A stretch of DNA of 64,000 nt from Hypanus sabinus (Eukaryota), in assembly GCF_030144855.1 (NCBI RefSeq), contig NC_082715.1:146320001-146384000 (forward strand), read 5' to 3'. Below are positions 23,290 to 37,302 of the stretch, in pieces (positions within the stretch are counted from its first letter, which is position 1; each line of letters starts with the position of its first letter). Made by a program: the position numbers and the translations under genes. A model generated the notes under the pieces. That model was not told the DNA's origin and did no database searches. It saw only the letters and a program-made list of their open reading frames with translations.

Positions 23290-26200
23290 AAAAGTACTAA
23301 ATCCACACTACCCCGTAACCCTCTAATTTCTTTCATCCATGTGCCTGTCGAAGAGTCTCGTAAATACTCCTAAAGTTTTACCCTCTACCTCCATCCCTGA
23401 CAATTCATTCCAGGCATCCACAACCCTCTGTATAAAAAATTACTCCTGCTATCTCCCCTAAACTTCACTCCCTTAACTTTGTACATATGCGCTCTGGTGT
23501 TTGCTATTCGTGCCCTGGGAAACAGGTAGTGGCTATCCACCTTACCTTTGCCTCTCGTAATCTTGTACACCTCTATCAAGTCCCCTCGCAACCTTATACG
23601 CTCCAAGGAGAAAAGTCCCAGCTCTGCTAACCTTGCTTCATAAGACTTGTTTTCCAATCCATGCAACTTCTTGGTAAATCTCCTGAGCATCCTCACCATA
23701 GCTTCCACATGTTTCCTATAATGAGGTAACCAGAACTGAACACAATACTCTATGTGTGGTCTCACCAGAGATTTGTAGAGTTGCAACGTGACATCTCTCC
23801 TCTTGAATTTAACCCCTCTCTACTCTTGAATTCAATCCCCCTGTTAATGAAGCCTAACATCCCATAGGCCTTCTTAACTATCCTATCAACGTGTGCAGCA
23901 ACCTTGAGGTATGTATGGAATTGAGCCGCAAGGTTCCTCCGTTCATCCACACTCTTAAGTGATCGACCCCTAACCCTGTAATTAGGCTTCTGGTTTGTCT
24001 TTCCAAAATGCATCACCTCACACTTATCCGGATTGAACTCTATCTGCAACTTTTCTGCCCAATCCAGCATCCTGTCTATATCCTCTTGTAGCCTTCGACA
24101 ACCTACAGCCCAAGCCACAACTCCTCCAATCTTCGTGTCATCCGCAAAATTACTCACCCATTCTTCCGCCTCTTCACCCAGGTCATTTATAAAAATCACA
24201 GAGAGCAGGGGTCCCAGGACGTATCCTTGTGACAGTCCACTAGTCACTGACCTCCGGGCAGAATACTTTTATTTCACTACTACCCTCTGTTTTCTTCCTG
24301 TAAGCCCTTTTTTAATCCAAATAGCCAAGGTTCCACTGATCCCACGCCTCTTGACTTTCTGGATGAGTCTCTCCTTGGGGACCTTATCAAATGTCTTGCT
24401 AAAATTTGCTGATGGTACTAAGCTTGGTGGCAGTGTGACATGTGATGAGGATGTTATGAGAATTCAGGGTGACTTGGATAGGCTGGGTGAGTAGGCAGAT
24501 ACTTGGTAGATGATGTTTAATGCGAATAAATGTGAGGTTGTCCACTTTGGGAGTAAGAACAGGAAGGCAGGTTATTATCTGAACGGTGTGGAGTTAGGTA
24601 AGGGAGAAATACAAAATCTAGGAATCCCTGTTCATCAGTCACTGAAGGTGAATGAGCAAGAGCAGCAGGCAGTGAAGAAGGCTAATGGAATGTTGGCCTT
24701 TATTACAAAGGGAATTGAGTACAAGAGCAAGGAAATCCTCTTGCATTTCTACAGAGCCCTGGTAAGACCACACCTGGAGTATTGTGTACAGGTTTGGTCT
24801 CCAGGGTTAAGGAAGGTCATCCTCGCTGTAGAGGAAGTGCAGCATAGATTCACGAGGTTAATTCCTGGGATGTCTGGACTGTCTTACGCAGAGAGGTTAG
24901 AGAGACTGGGCTTGTACACGCTGGAATTAAGGAGATTGAGAGGGGATCTGATTGCAACATATAAGATCATTAAGGGATTGGACAAGATAGAGGCAGGAAA
25001 TATGTTCCAGATGCTGGGAGAGTCCAGTTCCAGAGGGCATGGTTTGAGGATAAGGGGTAGGTCATTTAGGGCAGAGTTAAGGAAAAACTTCTTCTCCCGG
25101 AGAGTTGTGGGGGTCTGGAATGCACTGCCTCGAAAGACAGTGGAGGGCAATTCTCTGGATGCTTTCAAGAAGGTGCTAGATAGGTATGTTATGGATTGGG
25201 GAATCAAGGGATATGGGGACAAGGCAGGAACCGGGTATTGATAGTAGATGATCAGCCATGATCTCAAAATTGCGGTGCAGTCTCGAAGGGCCGAATGGTC
25301 TACTTCTGCACCAATTGTCTATTGTCTATTGTCTAAACTCCATGTAGAACACATCTACCGCCCTACCCTCATCAATTACTTTAGTTACCTTTTCAAAAAA
25401 CTCAATTAGGGTCGTGAAGCACGACCTTCCCTTCACAAAGCCATGTTGACTATCCTCGAGTAGACTGCACTACTCCAAATGCTCGTAGATCCTACCCTTA
25501 AGAATCCTTTCCAATAGTTTGCAGACCAATGACGGAAGACTCACTGGTCTATAGTTTCCAGGATTCCCCCTATTACCTTTTTTAAACAAGGGAACTACAT
25601 TTGCCGTTCCCTAGTCTTCCGGGACCTCCCCTGCAGTCAAAGCGGATTCAAAGATCATAGATACTGCTCCAGCGATCTCTTCTCTCTCTTTCAACAGCAA
25701 CCTGGGGTATATAACGTCCGGTCCTATCTACCTCGATGTTTTTCAGGAGATACAGCACTTCTTCATCCTTAATTACATTGTCCAGCACACAGGCCTGTTC
25801 TATTTCGACCTTACTCCGATCGAAGTCGTTTTCACGTGAATACTGAAGCAAAGTATTCATTTAGTGCCACAACCTCCTCGGCCCTCAGGCACATGTTGCG
25901 CTCTTTATCCTTCTGAAGACCCCACCTTCATTCTTGCAATCCTTCTGTTCTTCACATACGCTTAGAATGTCTTGGAGTTCTCCTTAATCCTAGATGCCAA
26001 GGCCTTCTCATTATCCCTTGAAGTACTCCTAAGTCCTCTCCTAAGCTCCTTACTGGCTATTCCAATTTTCTCATGAGTCACCTACCCCCAATTCCTGCTT
26101 TTTATATCTAACATATGCTTCTTTCTTCCTCTTGAGGATTTGTCTCACGTGTTTCGTCACCCACGGTTCCCTTTTCCGACCATTTTTCCATATCTCAGTG

Positions 26201-26460
26201 GGACAAACCTATCCTGAACCCAGCATAAGTGGTCCCTAAACTTCCTGCACATTACTTCTATGCTTTCACCCTTGAACATCTCTTTTCAATTTCCCTCTTT
26301 CTCTTTACAGTTAGACCTTCCACAGTTCAGCACTTATCCATTTTGTCTGCTTTTACCCTTTTCCATAGCTATGCTGAATTTAAGGGAGTTGTGGTCACTC
26401 TCACCAAAATGCTCCCGCACCTAGAGGTCTGCCACTTGACCAGATTCAATACCCAGAACT
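23290..26460 (-). mobile_element. Degraded CR1 LINE, interrupted by a younger CR1
   Basis: ORFs 23385..23786 and 23762..24247 (QGYVLGPLL..FINDL...FADDTKIGG). Paralog of 827-3260. Confidence 0.85.
24405..25334 (+). mobile_element. Young 5'-truncated CR1 nested in an older antisense CR1
   Basis: Near-identical to ~16055-16980, with an (ATTGTCT)n tail. Empty site GCTAAAATCCATG near 59340. Confidence 0.92.
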
Positions 26461-28580
26461 AGATCAAGTATGGCTTCTCCTCTTCAAACACCAGGACATC
26501 TGCAGATGCTGGAAATTCAAGCAACACACACAAAATGCTGGTGGAACACAGCAGGCCAGGCAACAGGAGAAGCACTGTCGACGTTTCCAAAGATGTTGCC
26601 CGACCTGCTGAGTTCCTCCAGCTTGTTGTACGTGTTGATCTGACCACAGCATCTGCAGTGTGTTTTGTGTTGCCTACATTTATGTTTTCTCCCGTCTGCC
26701 CTTCCTCACCAACTCAGAACACATTGCATCATGCCCTTGTCCTTCTACCCTAATCTCTGCACTTACATTCTAATTCCCACTCCCCAGCCAAACTACAAAC
26801 TTTTGTAGTTTAAACACTCCCCATCAGCTGTAGCAAACCTGCCCGCCAGGATATCGGTCGCTTTCCAGTTCAGGCCCGCCCTTTTGTACAGGTCAGTCCT
26901 TCCCCAGAAGAGATCACAAAACGATATCAATAATATTGAAAGAGTGCAGAGAAAATTTACAAGGATTTTACTGGCACTGAACCTGAATTATAGGGAGAGC
27001 TTCAATAGGTTTTGACTCCATTAGCTGCAGCAAAGGAGAATGTACAAATAACATTTGTGCATTTGATGGAGATGTACAAAATTGTGAGAAGTATAGACAA
27101 TGTAAATGCAAGCTGGGCTTTTCCACTAAAATGGCGTGAAATTAGAACTAGAGATCATGGATTAAAGATGAAATGATTAAATGAAGCATGAGGGGAAAGT
27201 CTTTATTCCGGCCGTAGTGGGAGTATGCAACGAGCTGCAGTCGGAACGATTGGGTGCGGGTTCTACTTCAACATTCATGAGCAATATAGATAGGCAGATG
27301 GATGGGAGTATATGGAGGAAAAAGCCCTGGTGACTAGTCCGCGTAATAGTTCGGCTAGATGGGCTGAAGAGCCTGCTTCTGTGCAGTAGTGGTCTATAAT
27401 AGTATCTATACGTTTCGGAAGCTTTAAAGTAGTGGCTGCAATAGTTTCAATTTGGGTTCCGGTGGGCATGAACAGTTCATATATTTCACTGGAATTCGAA
27501 ACGAAAAACCTGGTAACCACGGTTATTTTTTAAAATATTAAAATACCCCTTCGGTTTGAATGATTTTAAAACTATGATTTTTTAAATAAAGATCTAATGT
27601 AAAATGACTATTTCAACAAGTTCAAGTTGTGGACATACGAAGGAATAACAATTGGAGCAGGTTGACCAGATCTCCGGTCTCCGGTTTCTGTCATGTCTCG
27701 TCTCCCTTGAATCTCTTAAAGATCTTTCGATCTCAATCTACTTGGGCATCGATAAAATTTCTAAGGAATCTAAGGATTAAACGTGCATCGAGAGAAGGAT
27801 GTTATCTTTTTTCTTTAGTCCTCAATACCCAAACCTATTATCCGAACACTACAACTTTCAGCTCTCCACAGAAAATAAGCGGGACTCGGCTCGGAATTCC
27901 ACTTGCCTGCTAACAAAGATTTTTAGATGTTTCAATAACATTACCTCCCTTTCATCTAAATGCCATAGAAAATAGGTCGTATACATTTGTTCGCATAAAC
28001 TCGCACTTATTCTAGAAACAAAATCTGCTGCGCTTCACGCAATATGAGAACCGTCCCAGACCCACCAATTTCGCCAATTCTATATTCATAAATCGTCCTC
28101 GGTTGAATGTGTTCCTTCATGACAGATGACTGTGTGTCTGTGTGCATACGTGTGTGCGCTTTCATAGCTCTTTTACATCAGGGCAATTTCATTAAAGAGA
28201 AATTTAAAATATATTTCTGCTTCATTCGGAACTCGAAAGAAAAGTCATGAAAACATGTTGCATATCAGACTGGATCGTAAATGTTATTAGGTAGCTGTTG
28301 TTGAAATTATCAGCAATCTGGCAAGAACCAAGAATGCCATCTTCAGATTACGGTTATTTGCTGAACATCTGGGAATGCCTTTAACTGAGACTAATTAACA
28401 TTGGAGTTTGAATTAAGAATTATACTCATTTAATAGAATGGCATTTAAAAATGACGAAACTTAAATGCCGAATCTGAACGCAGATACTGAACTGCAAAAG
28501 AATAATGCTTAAAGCTATTTTAATGAAGGAAAATGCGGATAAAATACGCTTTTCATCTTTATTAAGTTTGAAATATGGTT

Positions 28581-28903
28581 TTAGATACAGCTGGATCTCT
28601 CGATCGTTGCTACAAACGGGTTTGCTAGAGCCTCGTGTTTAACCACGCAGGAGTAACGCTCGTGTGAGCTCCATTCTGAGGCTGGCAGAGTCAGGTAACT
28701 GCTCACACTGAACGTGTTGTCCGTGTCCTGAAGGACAGGGCTCGTCTCAACGCCATCGCTTTTCGTACGTCTGTCCACGGTCCACTCAATGCCCACAGCT
28801 CCCGGATTAAAACGGCTCACCAAACACACCAGTGTCGCTGTGCCCTTTCCCGTAATTTCTTCGGCTGAAGGCCGGAGGACGGTGACAGCGGGGCTCCGAG
28901 GAT
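28581..28903 (-). CDS. IgL: IgL constant exon, cluster B (intact)
   Basis: Acceptor TTTTAAACAG; (N)PRSPAVTVLRPSAEEITGKGTATLVCLV...YSCVVKHEALANPFVATIERSSCI*; AATAAA downstream. Confidence 0.97.
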
Positions 28904-31163
28904 CTGTTTAAAACAAGGTGCCAGTTTAGTATAGGTTGAGTAACAGTTACTGTCAAAAAATCTCTCTTGTTTAAAATGCATTTGTTATTTTATGTATTCC
29001 TTCATCATAATGAACAAATATTTATTTTCCGTTTTCCCATTTCTTTCGATTAAATTAGACGTGAAAAAATTACCAACTAAAATCTCCCGTGGTATTTGTT
29101 TTTTTGTGACGCTGGGCACAATATGAATGGCGTAAAATGAATGATTTCGGCACAGGTTTTAACCAGTATTGAATGAATGAATGAATGAAATTAATTTATT
29201 TCGGTCAGTACAAACATAACAAAAATCATCATTTACAACGATAGGACAAAAGGACAACAAAAAACATAGATATTCTTGAAAACAGACGGAAAGGAAAGAC
29301 TTATTGCCGCTACCCCTCTTACTTACACAACAACATATTTGGCGTCAATCATCACATCAAAAAAGATCATAATCTTTTTACACACAATCCAATTCCAAAT
29401 ATCAAATATATTTATATAACTCCCATTAATTTAAAATGATGTATTTTATATTTGTTCCTTAAATGATTTTTAAAGTTTTTAAAAACTTGTTAAGTGTAGG
29501 CATGTTTTGAAATTCTTGCTACAACTGTTCCATAGAGTCACCCCTCTGACTGAAATACAATGATATTTTTCATCTGTTCTTATCCTTTGATTTTGAAATA
29601 TACATATTCTTCTCAAATCATGTTGATTTACTCTCATTTTAAACAACCTTTGGATACTTTGTGGTAGTTGTCCTTTGGATTCGGGTTGAATAAATATCTG
29701 AGGTTATACCTGGCTGCCAGTTGTGGCTTCCATTGGGACCTAAGCTTCCACCGTTTCTACTTCTACCTTAGACACCTTCACTTTATTCAAATCTTCAGTC
29801 ATCAAGACAAGAGGCTGAAGTGTAATACATGTTTTGCTTAAAATCGGGGATTAGTACACGGGGCTCTCAACCTTTTTTATGTTATGGTCCCCTACCATTA
29901 GTAGAGGGATGTGTAGACCAGAGACTGGGAACCACTTGAATAGTGTATTTAATTCATCTCAGCCATCAGAATACAGAATTCGCTTTGCGCAGTATAAAAC
30001 TACAGCCTGCCTGCACAGTAAATCACTTTTGGACAGTTTAACATACATGTTGAAAGTTACACGCTTTGTTTCCGAAATATTATTTTTCCACTTAAAGGAA
30101 ATCATTCAAATCCAGTTTGTGGAGTGTAGCGGATCTTTGTCCTTACACTCTTCACTGAGGAAACCACTTTCTTACAATGTTCACGACCGAGGTGGTAAAG
30201 AGAGGGAATACAACTGTGTTCATCTAATATGGTTCAGAACTGCGGCTCAACGTGGTTTACTTTAATATCTTTAAGTAATTTAAAGTAATTTTAAGTAATG
30301 TATTTTTAAGTAATTTAAGTAGTTTTAGTAAATTAAGTAATTCTAGAAAGCTTGCTGTTCTGTGGTTCAATTTTTAGTGTAATGACAACTTTAATGATGG
30401 ATTAATTCCACTGATTTACTTCCCGTTATGCCGCTGTCGTTCAGGGCAGTAACAAAGATCCTCAATCTCTGTCTACAGAAGGAGTCGCACACATGTTTCA
30501 TGGCTATTTCCATAACAAACTTTCACCTGCCAGCGGTTTTATCCCTGAGATGAACCCCCGAACCTGGATGGCGTAAGGATCACTCTTAGTCGGCCCTCTG
30601 CCCTTTGATTTGTTGGGCATGTTTGACACTATCAAAAACCAAAGCGCAACGCCAAGACACTCGCCAACATAGCTCTCCGGGTCAATCAGCCACGCATGTC
30701 TTTAAACCCTATGATACGGTGGTCCTCTTGGACGTTGACTTCCACAAGGTGACTCAAATGCATCACGATTTGAAATTGCCAAGTTTCAGTATCACAATCG
30801 GCAGAAAAGTCTGTCTGCCATGTTTGCACATATTGACATTCAAAAGTAAGGGAGAAATAATACCAACAGTTGAAAGCATAAAATACTAAAAGGCGTCTGC
30901 TAATAACCATATAACAATTACAGCACGTAAACAGGCCAAGTCCGTGCCGAACGCTTACTCTCACCTTGTCCCACCTACCTGCACTCAGCCTATAAACCCC
31001 CATTCCATTCCTGTCCGTATACCGATCGATTTTTTAAAAAATGACAAAATGCAACCTGCGTCTACCACTTCTACTGGAAGCTCGCTCCACACAGCTGCCA
31101 CTCTTGAGGAAAGAAGATCCCCCTCGTGTTCACCCTAAACGTTTGCCCATTAACTTTCATCTC

Positions 31164-32148
31164 TTTACGATTTATGTCAATGATTTAGATGAGGGCATTG
31201 AAAACTATATCAGCAAGTTTGCTGACGATACTAAACTGGGTGGCAGTGTGACATGCGAAGAGGACGTTAGGAGAATACAGGGAGACTTGGATAGGCTGAG
31301 TGAGTGGGCAGATACTTGGCAGATGTCATTCAATGTGAATAAATGTGAAGTTATCCACTTTGGAAGCAGGAACAAGAGGGCAGAGTATTGTCTGAACGGT
31401 GTCGAGTTAGGTAAGGGAGAAATGCAAAGAGACCTAGGAGTCCTAGTTCATCAGTCAATGAAGGTGAATGAGCAAGTGCAACAGGCAGTGAAGAGGGCAA
31501 ATGGAATGTTGGCCTTTGTTACAAGGGGAATTGAATACAAGAGCAAGGATGTTCTTTTGCATTTGTGCAGGGCCCTGGTGAGACCACACCTGGAATATTG
31601 TGTACAGTTTTGTTCTCCAGGTTTAAGGAAGGACATTCTGGCAATTGAGGAAGTGCAGCGTAGATTCACTAGGTTGATTCCTGGGATGGCAGGGCTGTCT
31701 TACGCAGAGAGATTGGAGAGATTGTGCTTGTACACGCTGGAATTGAGGAGATTGAGAGGGGATCTGATTGAAACGTTTAAGATAATTAAAGGATTTGATA
31801 GGATTGAGGCAGGAAATATGTTCCAGATGTTGGGAGAGTCCAGTACCAGAGGGCATGGATTGAGAATAAGAGGTCAGTTATTTAAAACAGAGTTGAGGAA
31901 GAGCTTCTTCTCCCAGAGAGTTGTGGAGGTGTGGAATGCACTGCCTCGGAAGACGGTGGAGGCCAATTCTCTGGATGCTTTCCAGAAGGAGCTGGATAGA
32001 TATCTGATGGATAGGGAAATCAAGGGATATGGGGACAAGGCAGGGACTGGGTATTGATAGTGAATGATAAGCCATGATCTCAGAATGGCGGTGCAGACTC
32101 GAGGGGCCGAATGGTCTACTTCTGCACCTATTGTCTATTGTCTATTGT
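31164..32148 (+). mobile_element. Young 5'-truncated CR1 in the J-C intron of cluster B
   Basis: Open RT C-terminal half (FADDTKLGG) and an (ATTGTCT)n tail. Absent at the paralogous sites near 8305 and 44700. Confidence 0.92.
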
Positions 32149-32907
32149 CATGTCCTTTCGTTTGCATCTACCCTACTCTGAATAGAAAAAGCCTATCCAC
32201 GTCAGCTCTATCTGTCCCCCTCATAATTTTAAATACCTCTCTCAAGTCCTCTGTCAACCTTCTACGCTCCATTTACAGACCTTACTTGTTCAACCTTTCT
32301 CTGTAACATAGGTGCTGAAATCAAGGTAGCATTCTAGTAAATCCCCTCTGTACTCTCTTTATTTTGTTAACATCTTTCCTATAATTGGGTGAACAGAACT
32401 GTACACAATACTGCAAATTTGGCCTCTCCAATGCCTTGTACAATTTTAACATTACATCCCAACTCCTATACTCAATGCTCTGATTTATAAAGGTCAGCAT
32501 ACCAAAAGCAATAAAGATCGAGAAGTTCCATTCTAATATCTGCGTGCCACTCTTCGAAGCTCGTTCACGTCTTAAATGGTGCAAGTTTGTTTCAGATTTC
32601 ATTCAGATTCAAATTTATTTCTATACAGCAAAACACTGAAGGTTGGTTTTAAAATCCCTTGGCGGTTTAATATAAACATATAACTGCACAAATCTGGCGA
32701 TGAAAAAAATAGGACAATGATCGATCTAGCAATTAGTCTTTTCAGTGACATCTCAATGACTTTCCCTATAAGTGATGGACTAATTGATCCGCTGTTTTTT
32801 ATATTCTGTTTCTTTGGACACCACAAGAATTTGCATTAACTGCCTTGTTCATCATTGTTCACGTAAGTACCAAAAGGACAAGCACATTGATTTGATATTT
32901 TACTTAC

Positions 32908-33255
32908 TGCCAACTCCCAGCCTCGTTCCTTTGCCGAAGATGTTAACATTATTTTTCCAGACAGCACAGTAATAGTCTGCCGCATCCTCCGACTGGACGC
33001 TCGATATTGTCAATGTTGCCGTGTTGCCGGATATTGAGCCGCCGAAACGGTTCGGAACTCCGGAGCCTCTGTTAATGCTGCTCCCCGAATTATACCAGAA
33101 CAGATACCGAGGAACCTTTCCGGGAATCTGCTGGTACCAGTAAACATAGCTACTTCCTAAAGAGGTTCCAGACAAGGTGCAGGGTATTTGGACGGTCTGG
33201 CCCGGAGATGTGGATTTCGAAGGTGGTTGATTCATTGCAACTTCCGCGTTGATAT
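32908..33255 (-). CDS. IgL: Germline-joined VJ exon, cluster B (intact)
   Basis: EVAMNQPPS...[18 protein letters not shown]...[22 protein letters not shown] with canonical AG and GTAAGT sites. Leader 49 + VJ 348 + C 323 = 720 nt = 239 aa plus stop. Confidence 0.97.
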
Positions 33256-33379
33256 CTGGAAACATTCAGAGGGAAGGAAAAATGTACCGAGATTAATATT
33301 CGAGTAATACCAGAAGTGCGAGAAAAATTTCATTGAATAGTATTGGAGATTCAATATAATATCGATAGGAAATACTCAC

Positions 33380-33428
33380 AAATTGCAGTGAACACCAGCG
33401 TACTGACTACACGGACCCAGCAAGACAT
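33380..33428 (-). CDS. IgL: Leader exon, cluster B
   Basis: MSCWVRVVSTLVFTAI followed by donor GTGAGT. Confidence 0.93.
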
Positions 33429-33537
33429 TGTGATTAATTGAGTGACGCTCACACAAGGTGCAGCGGTTAAGTGGCGTCTCAACTTTTCAGCTCGCTTATG
33501 AATCCTGTGACGAGCTGGCACTGCGTGTTCTCTATTT

Positions 33538-33545
33538 ATGCAAAT
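33538..33545 (-). promoter_or_regulatory. Promoter octamer ATTTGCAT, cluster B
   Basis: Exact octamer at the same distance from the ATG as in cluster A. Confidence 0.85.
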
Positions 33546-35914
33546 CAGTTCAAACAGAATGGCACATTGACACCAATCACAAGTTGCCAACTTTTTCCTG
33601 TGTCAAATTAATTTCAACTTGTTAGCCAGATTAGCATTTCGTTTCGAGCTGTGTATATCGACAATATATTTTTAGATAAAGAAATCTCCTCTCGTCCCTT
33701 CAGTTGCAGGCGATATTAAAAATACGCAAACTCGCTCTATTATTAAAGGAGGTGTGTCGGAGATTTTTGAAAACAAGAGATGATGAAAAAGGTATTGGCA
33801 ATTCACTGTCGGATAATTATCTGTCGGGTTGTCAGTGAAGCAAAAGCCACTTATCTGTATATTTTTAGAAAACTGACTGCCAAACCGATGTAAAGGGTTT
33901 GCAATGATTTTGGAAATTTTATTTTCCAGCTGCTCCCTAATCATTCACTTAACTGAAGATATTCAGAAGGAAAATTGAGAAAGGGATTGAATCGACCAGA
34001 CTGCTTATTGCGTGTTGTGAATAATTAAAAGTGAATCAAATGATACCGCTGGTGTTTCTCTATAAATTTTGCCAACCTTAGGTCAATATGGGGAACTATA
34101 ATTACACGTAGCCACAGGTGCCTTATACCATGTAATGTACGTAGCGTGTGGCGGGTTGAAGGTACGTCTCTACCAGAGGAAATGTAAGGTGTTTCGTCCC
34201 ACCGCTTGCCTGCAGGTCACCCTAAGGTAATGTGTCACAGCTGCTTGGCCCCGCGATCAATGTCACGTGAAGCAGACGAGCGGGCAGTGGAAGGTCGTAT
34301 GAGCAACTGGTGCTTAGTAGAAGGCCTGGTTATGCGACCATTGATGACAGGCTGAGAATCTCTGAAGAGTATTGACAATGGCTGTGTTCACCCGACTTGT
34401 AAAGTTACTTCTTAGGAGAAAGCAATGGCAACAACTTCTGCAGAAAATTTGCAAAGTATAATCATGGGACGGATAATGCCATGATCGCCCACAACATACA
34501 ACAGTGCTCATAATGCTTATTATGTGTTTATATGAAATAAGCAGACATTCTGGAAGTGAATATTTTAATTTCATTCGTCTCATAGATCAGGCAGAACAGG
34601 GACAAAATTCTTCGATCTTATTAATAGTCAAACCAACGAACATGGCAAATTACAAAGTATATAAGTTTTTGACATGAAGAGCTATTAGCAGAATAATGCG
34701 TTTTAGATCAAGTATTTAAACCATGAGTTTTGTTATCCTATTTTTAGGGACTTCCCTCATTCCTCAGAGAACAGTAGAATAAACTCTACAGCTTCGTGTC
34801 ATTTTTAGGGGAATAAAAAGAGAGGAATTTTAACACAATGAAATGACAGTTATAATAGATTATGCCAGGCATTCCGAGGTCCTCTAGCATTTTGAAGGTG
34901 GAGCGAACCTGGAATACGGGGATATCTCTCAATTCCTGTCAGACCACAGAATTAGAATCAATCAGCAGCTCACCAAATATCTCAAAGCAACACAGAATTT
35001 AAAAGACGATTTCCGTACCCCAGAAGTTCATGTCCTATTTGCAACAGATTTTTACACAAGAAAACGAGTCAGTGAACTTATTCTATCAACAGGTAAGTGG
35101 CAGAACTCTTTCCGAACTCTATGGCCATCACGTGTCCGCTGATTCCAAACAGAAAACCAGTGAGATTTGTTGCTTGTAGCGTAATTCCATCCATATGTAA
35201 ATTAACAAAACACCGGATGAGATTAACTTGAAGGCAACGGTTGCATTTAAACCCTGAACATGCAACTCTAATGGAAATAATTACATCGTTGTAAACCAAA
35301 TGGAGCGAACAATTGCAAGTCTTCTATCATGTATTAGCATGATGAACAACAGGAACGACCGTTTCCCCGGAGCTTTGTTGCGCCTCACCGTAGATTACTG
35401 TGGTGCGGGTGTCATATTCCCTGCGAACAATGGAAAATCATAGAAGATGCGAATTCTATTTACTGTTACAATAACATTAATCATAATTGCATTTAATCAT
35501 TTGGATTAAACTAATTTACATTTGCAGCAATCATCCAATTAAATTACTGAATTTGGGCTATTATTTGGAGATATTAACTGCTCCATAGGTTTGCACGGCT
35601 GCAACATCCCTCTACAACTTTATATAATCGATATATTTCCACAGTAATCGATGCAGCAGGTTTCAGGTTATCTCCCAATAGCTAAACCGCGCTGTTTCTG
35701 ACCTGGGAGTATTTGACAGAGTTGTGTGGAGGGTAATATAGTTTGCCTTTGATTCTTGAGGTAATTTTCTGTGAATGTTTCATGGGACATTGCACAAGTT
35801 AATGCACGAATAAGGCACAGAGCAAATCTCCTTTACTTTCCCCAATCATTATCCAGCTGTGTCCAGCTCAAGAAGACTGCTTATTCGAATAGCTGAAGTG
35901 CGTCCAAGAGTTCG

Positions 35915-36195
35915 GGAGTTGATCGCAATGCAGTTGTAAAGGCGTTTATCGATCCGATACCACATTGGTTGTTTAGAGCAGATGGAGCTCGTTAACCATG
36001 CTTGGCAGCTCATCTCGGAGAAGGAACACTCAGATCTCAAACCTCCGATGCCTTGCGGCGATGCCAGCACATGGGGAAAGGCTCGGAGTAAACCCCGGTA
36101 TCCTGGTTCAATTAGTTAAAACCCATACAGCAGAGCGAGCTGTAGTCTTTTTCTACAGTCAAGCATCGAGATGACGACATCTCTCTGTGAAACTA
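35915..36195 (+). pseudogene. V-like remnant of the inverted cluster (copy 2)
   Basis: Paralog of 18000-18262, with the Cys-like TGT at 36186. Confidence 0.45.
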
Positions 36196-36655
36196 GTAGT
36201 TGATGTGCAACTGGTAATCCACATTAAAATAAACATTAGGTAACATTAATAAGTAAATATATATATATTCGAATTGTAACTGCAACTGCAACTGCACATG
36301 CGCAGTGAATTCGGGCACCGGAAGGTCTGAGTAATTGCACTGCAGCAAGTTAATAGATTAAAAAAAAATAAGTTATAAATATTGTCCAGAGGAATGATCT
36401 CCCTCGCTCCTGCTTCTCTTGAAAATAACGCTCCCAAAGGTCGTGTACTGTCACTGCAGCTACGTAATGCCGATTGTTTGACACGCATTCGGCACCTTTC
36501 TACAATGTCAGTCCACGGTTTCCATCCATCTTCAGTGTGGGTCCTGAACCCGCAAGTTGCCATTTGAGATGCCGCAGGTCAATCCACGAAGTAATAAATG
36601 ACTGACTGACGATTTGTTATCATTCTTTAATATGGACATTTCTTTGTTACTCCAG

Positions 36656-36976
36656 GTGGAGATTGTCCTGCCCTTCGATTCCTGTTGTTCCACCCGAGAT
36701 TGAAGGACAGATTGTGACTCTGATGTGACTAGTTAACAACTATTCTCTTAGACAAGTGGAGGTGTCTGAGAAATGGACCAGAATGTCGTGGCTGCTGTCC
36801 AGACAACCCGAGCCGTCCGGCATACCCACCAGACCTACACCCTCAACTGTTACCTCACGCTGACCGCCTCCCAGTGGAACTCACAAGAAAAGTGCACTTG
36901 TGAGATTCCAAGATCGATTCCTTTCTATTTGCAAGCGGCTTTCCTACAGTCGTACTTTACATTATGGCGGAATAAA
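36656..36976 (+). pseudogene. Decayed IgL constant exon of the inverted cluster (copy 2)
   Basis: Acceptor TTACTCCAG; AVQTTRAVRHTHQTYTLNCYLTLTASQWNSQEKCTCEI; AATAAA at 36971. Confidence 0.85.
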
Positions 36977-37302
36977 ACATTTTCACTTTGTAAATGTAAC
37001 CTGGAATCCTTTGCTACAAAAATTAAAAATATATTCTTCCTAAAATCAGTATACCTTGCGTATCAGCGGTTGAACTAAACCAGAGGAGGGGCAGCTGATG
37101 CCGTGCCCTGACAGTATAAGTCATCAAACATAAAACTGGGTAGAAGAATAGGGCATTTTGTTCCCTCTAACACGTCCAGACGTTCATTAAGTACTGGTTG
37201 ATATTAGATCTCAGGAACATGCTCCTGCCCTTTGCCTTAATATTGAGAAATCTGTGATCTTATGGCCGAATTTAATGACGATGCCTCCAAAGACTTGAGT
37301 AT

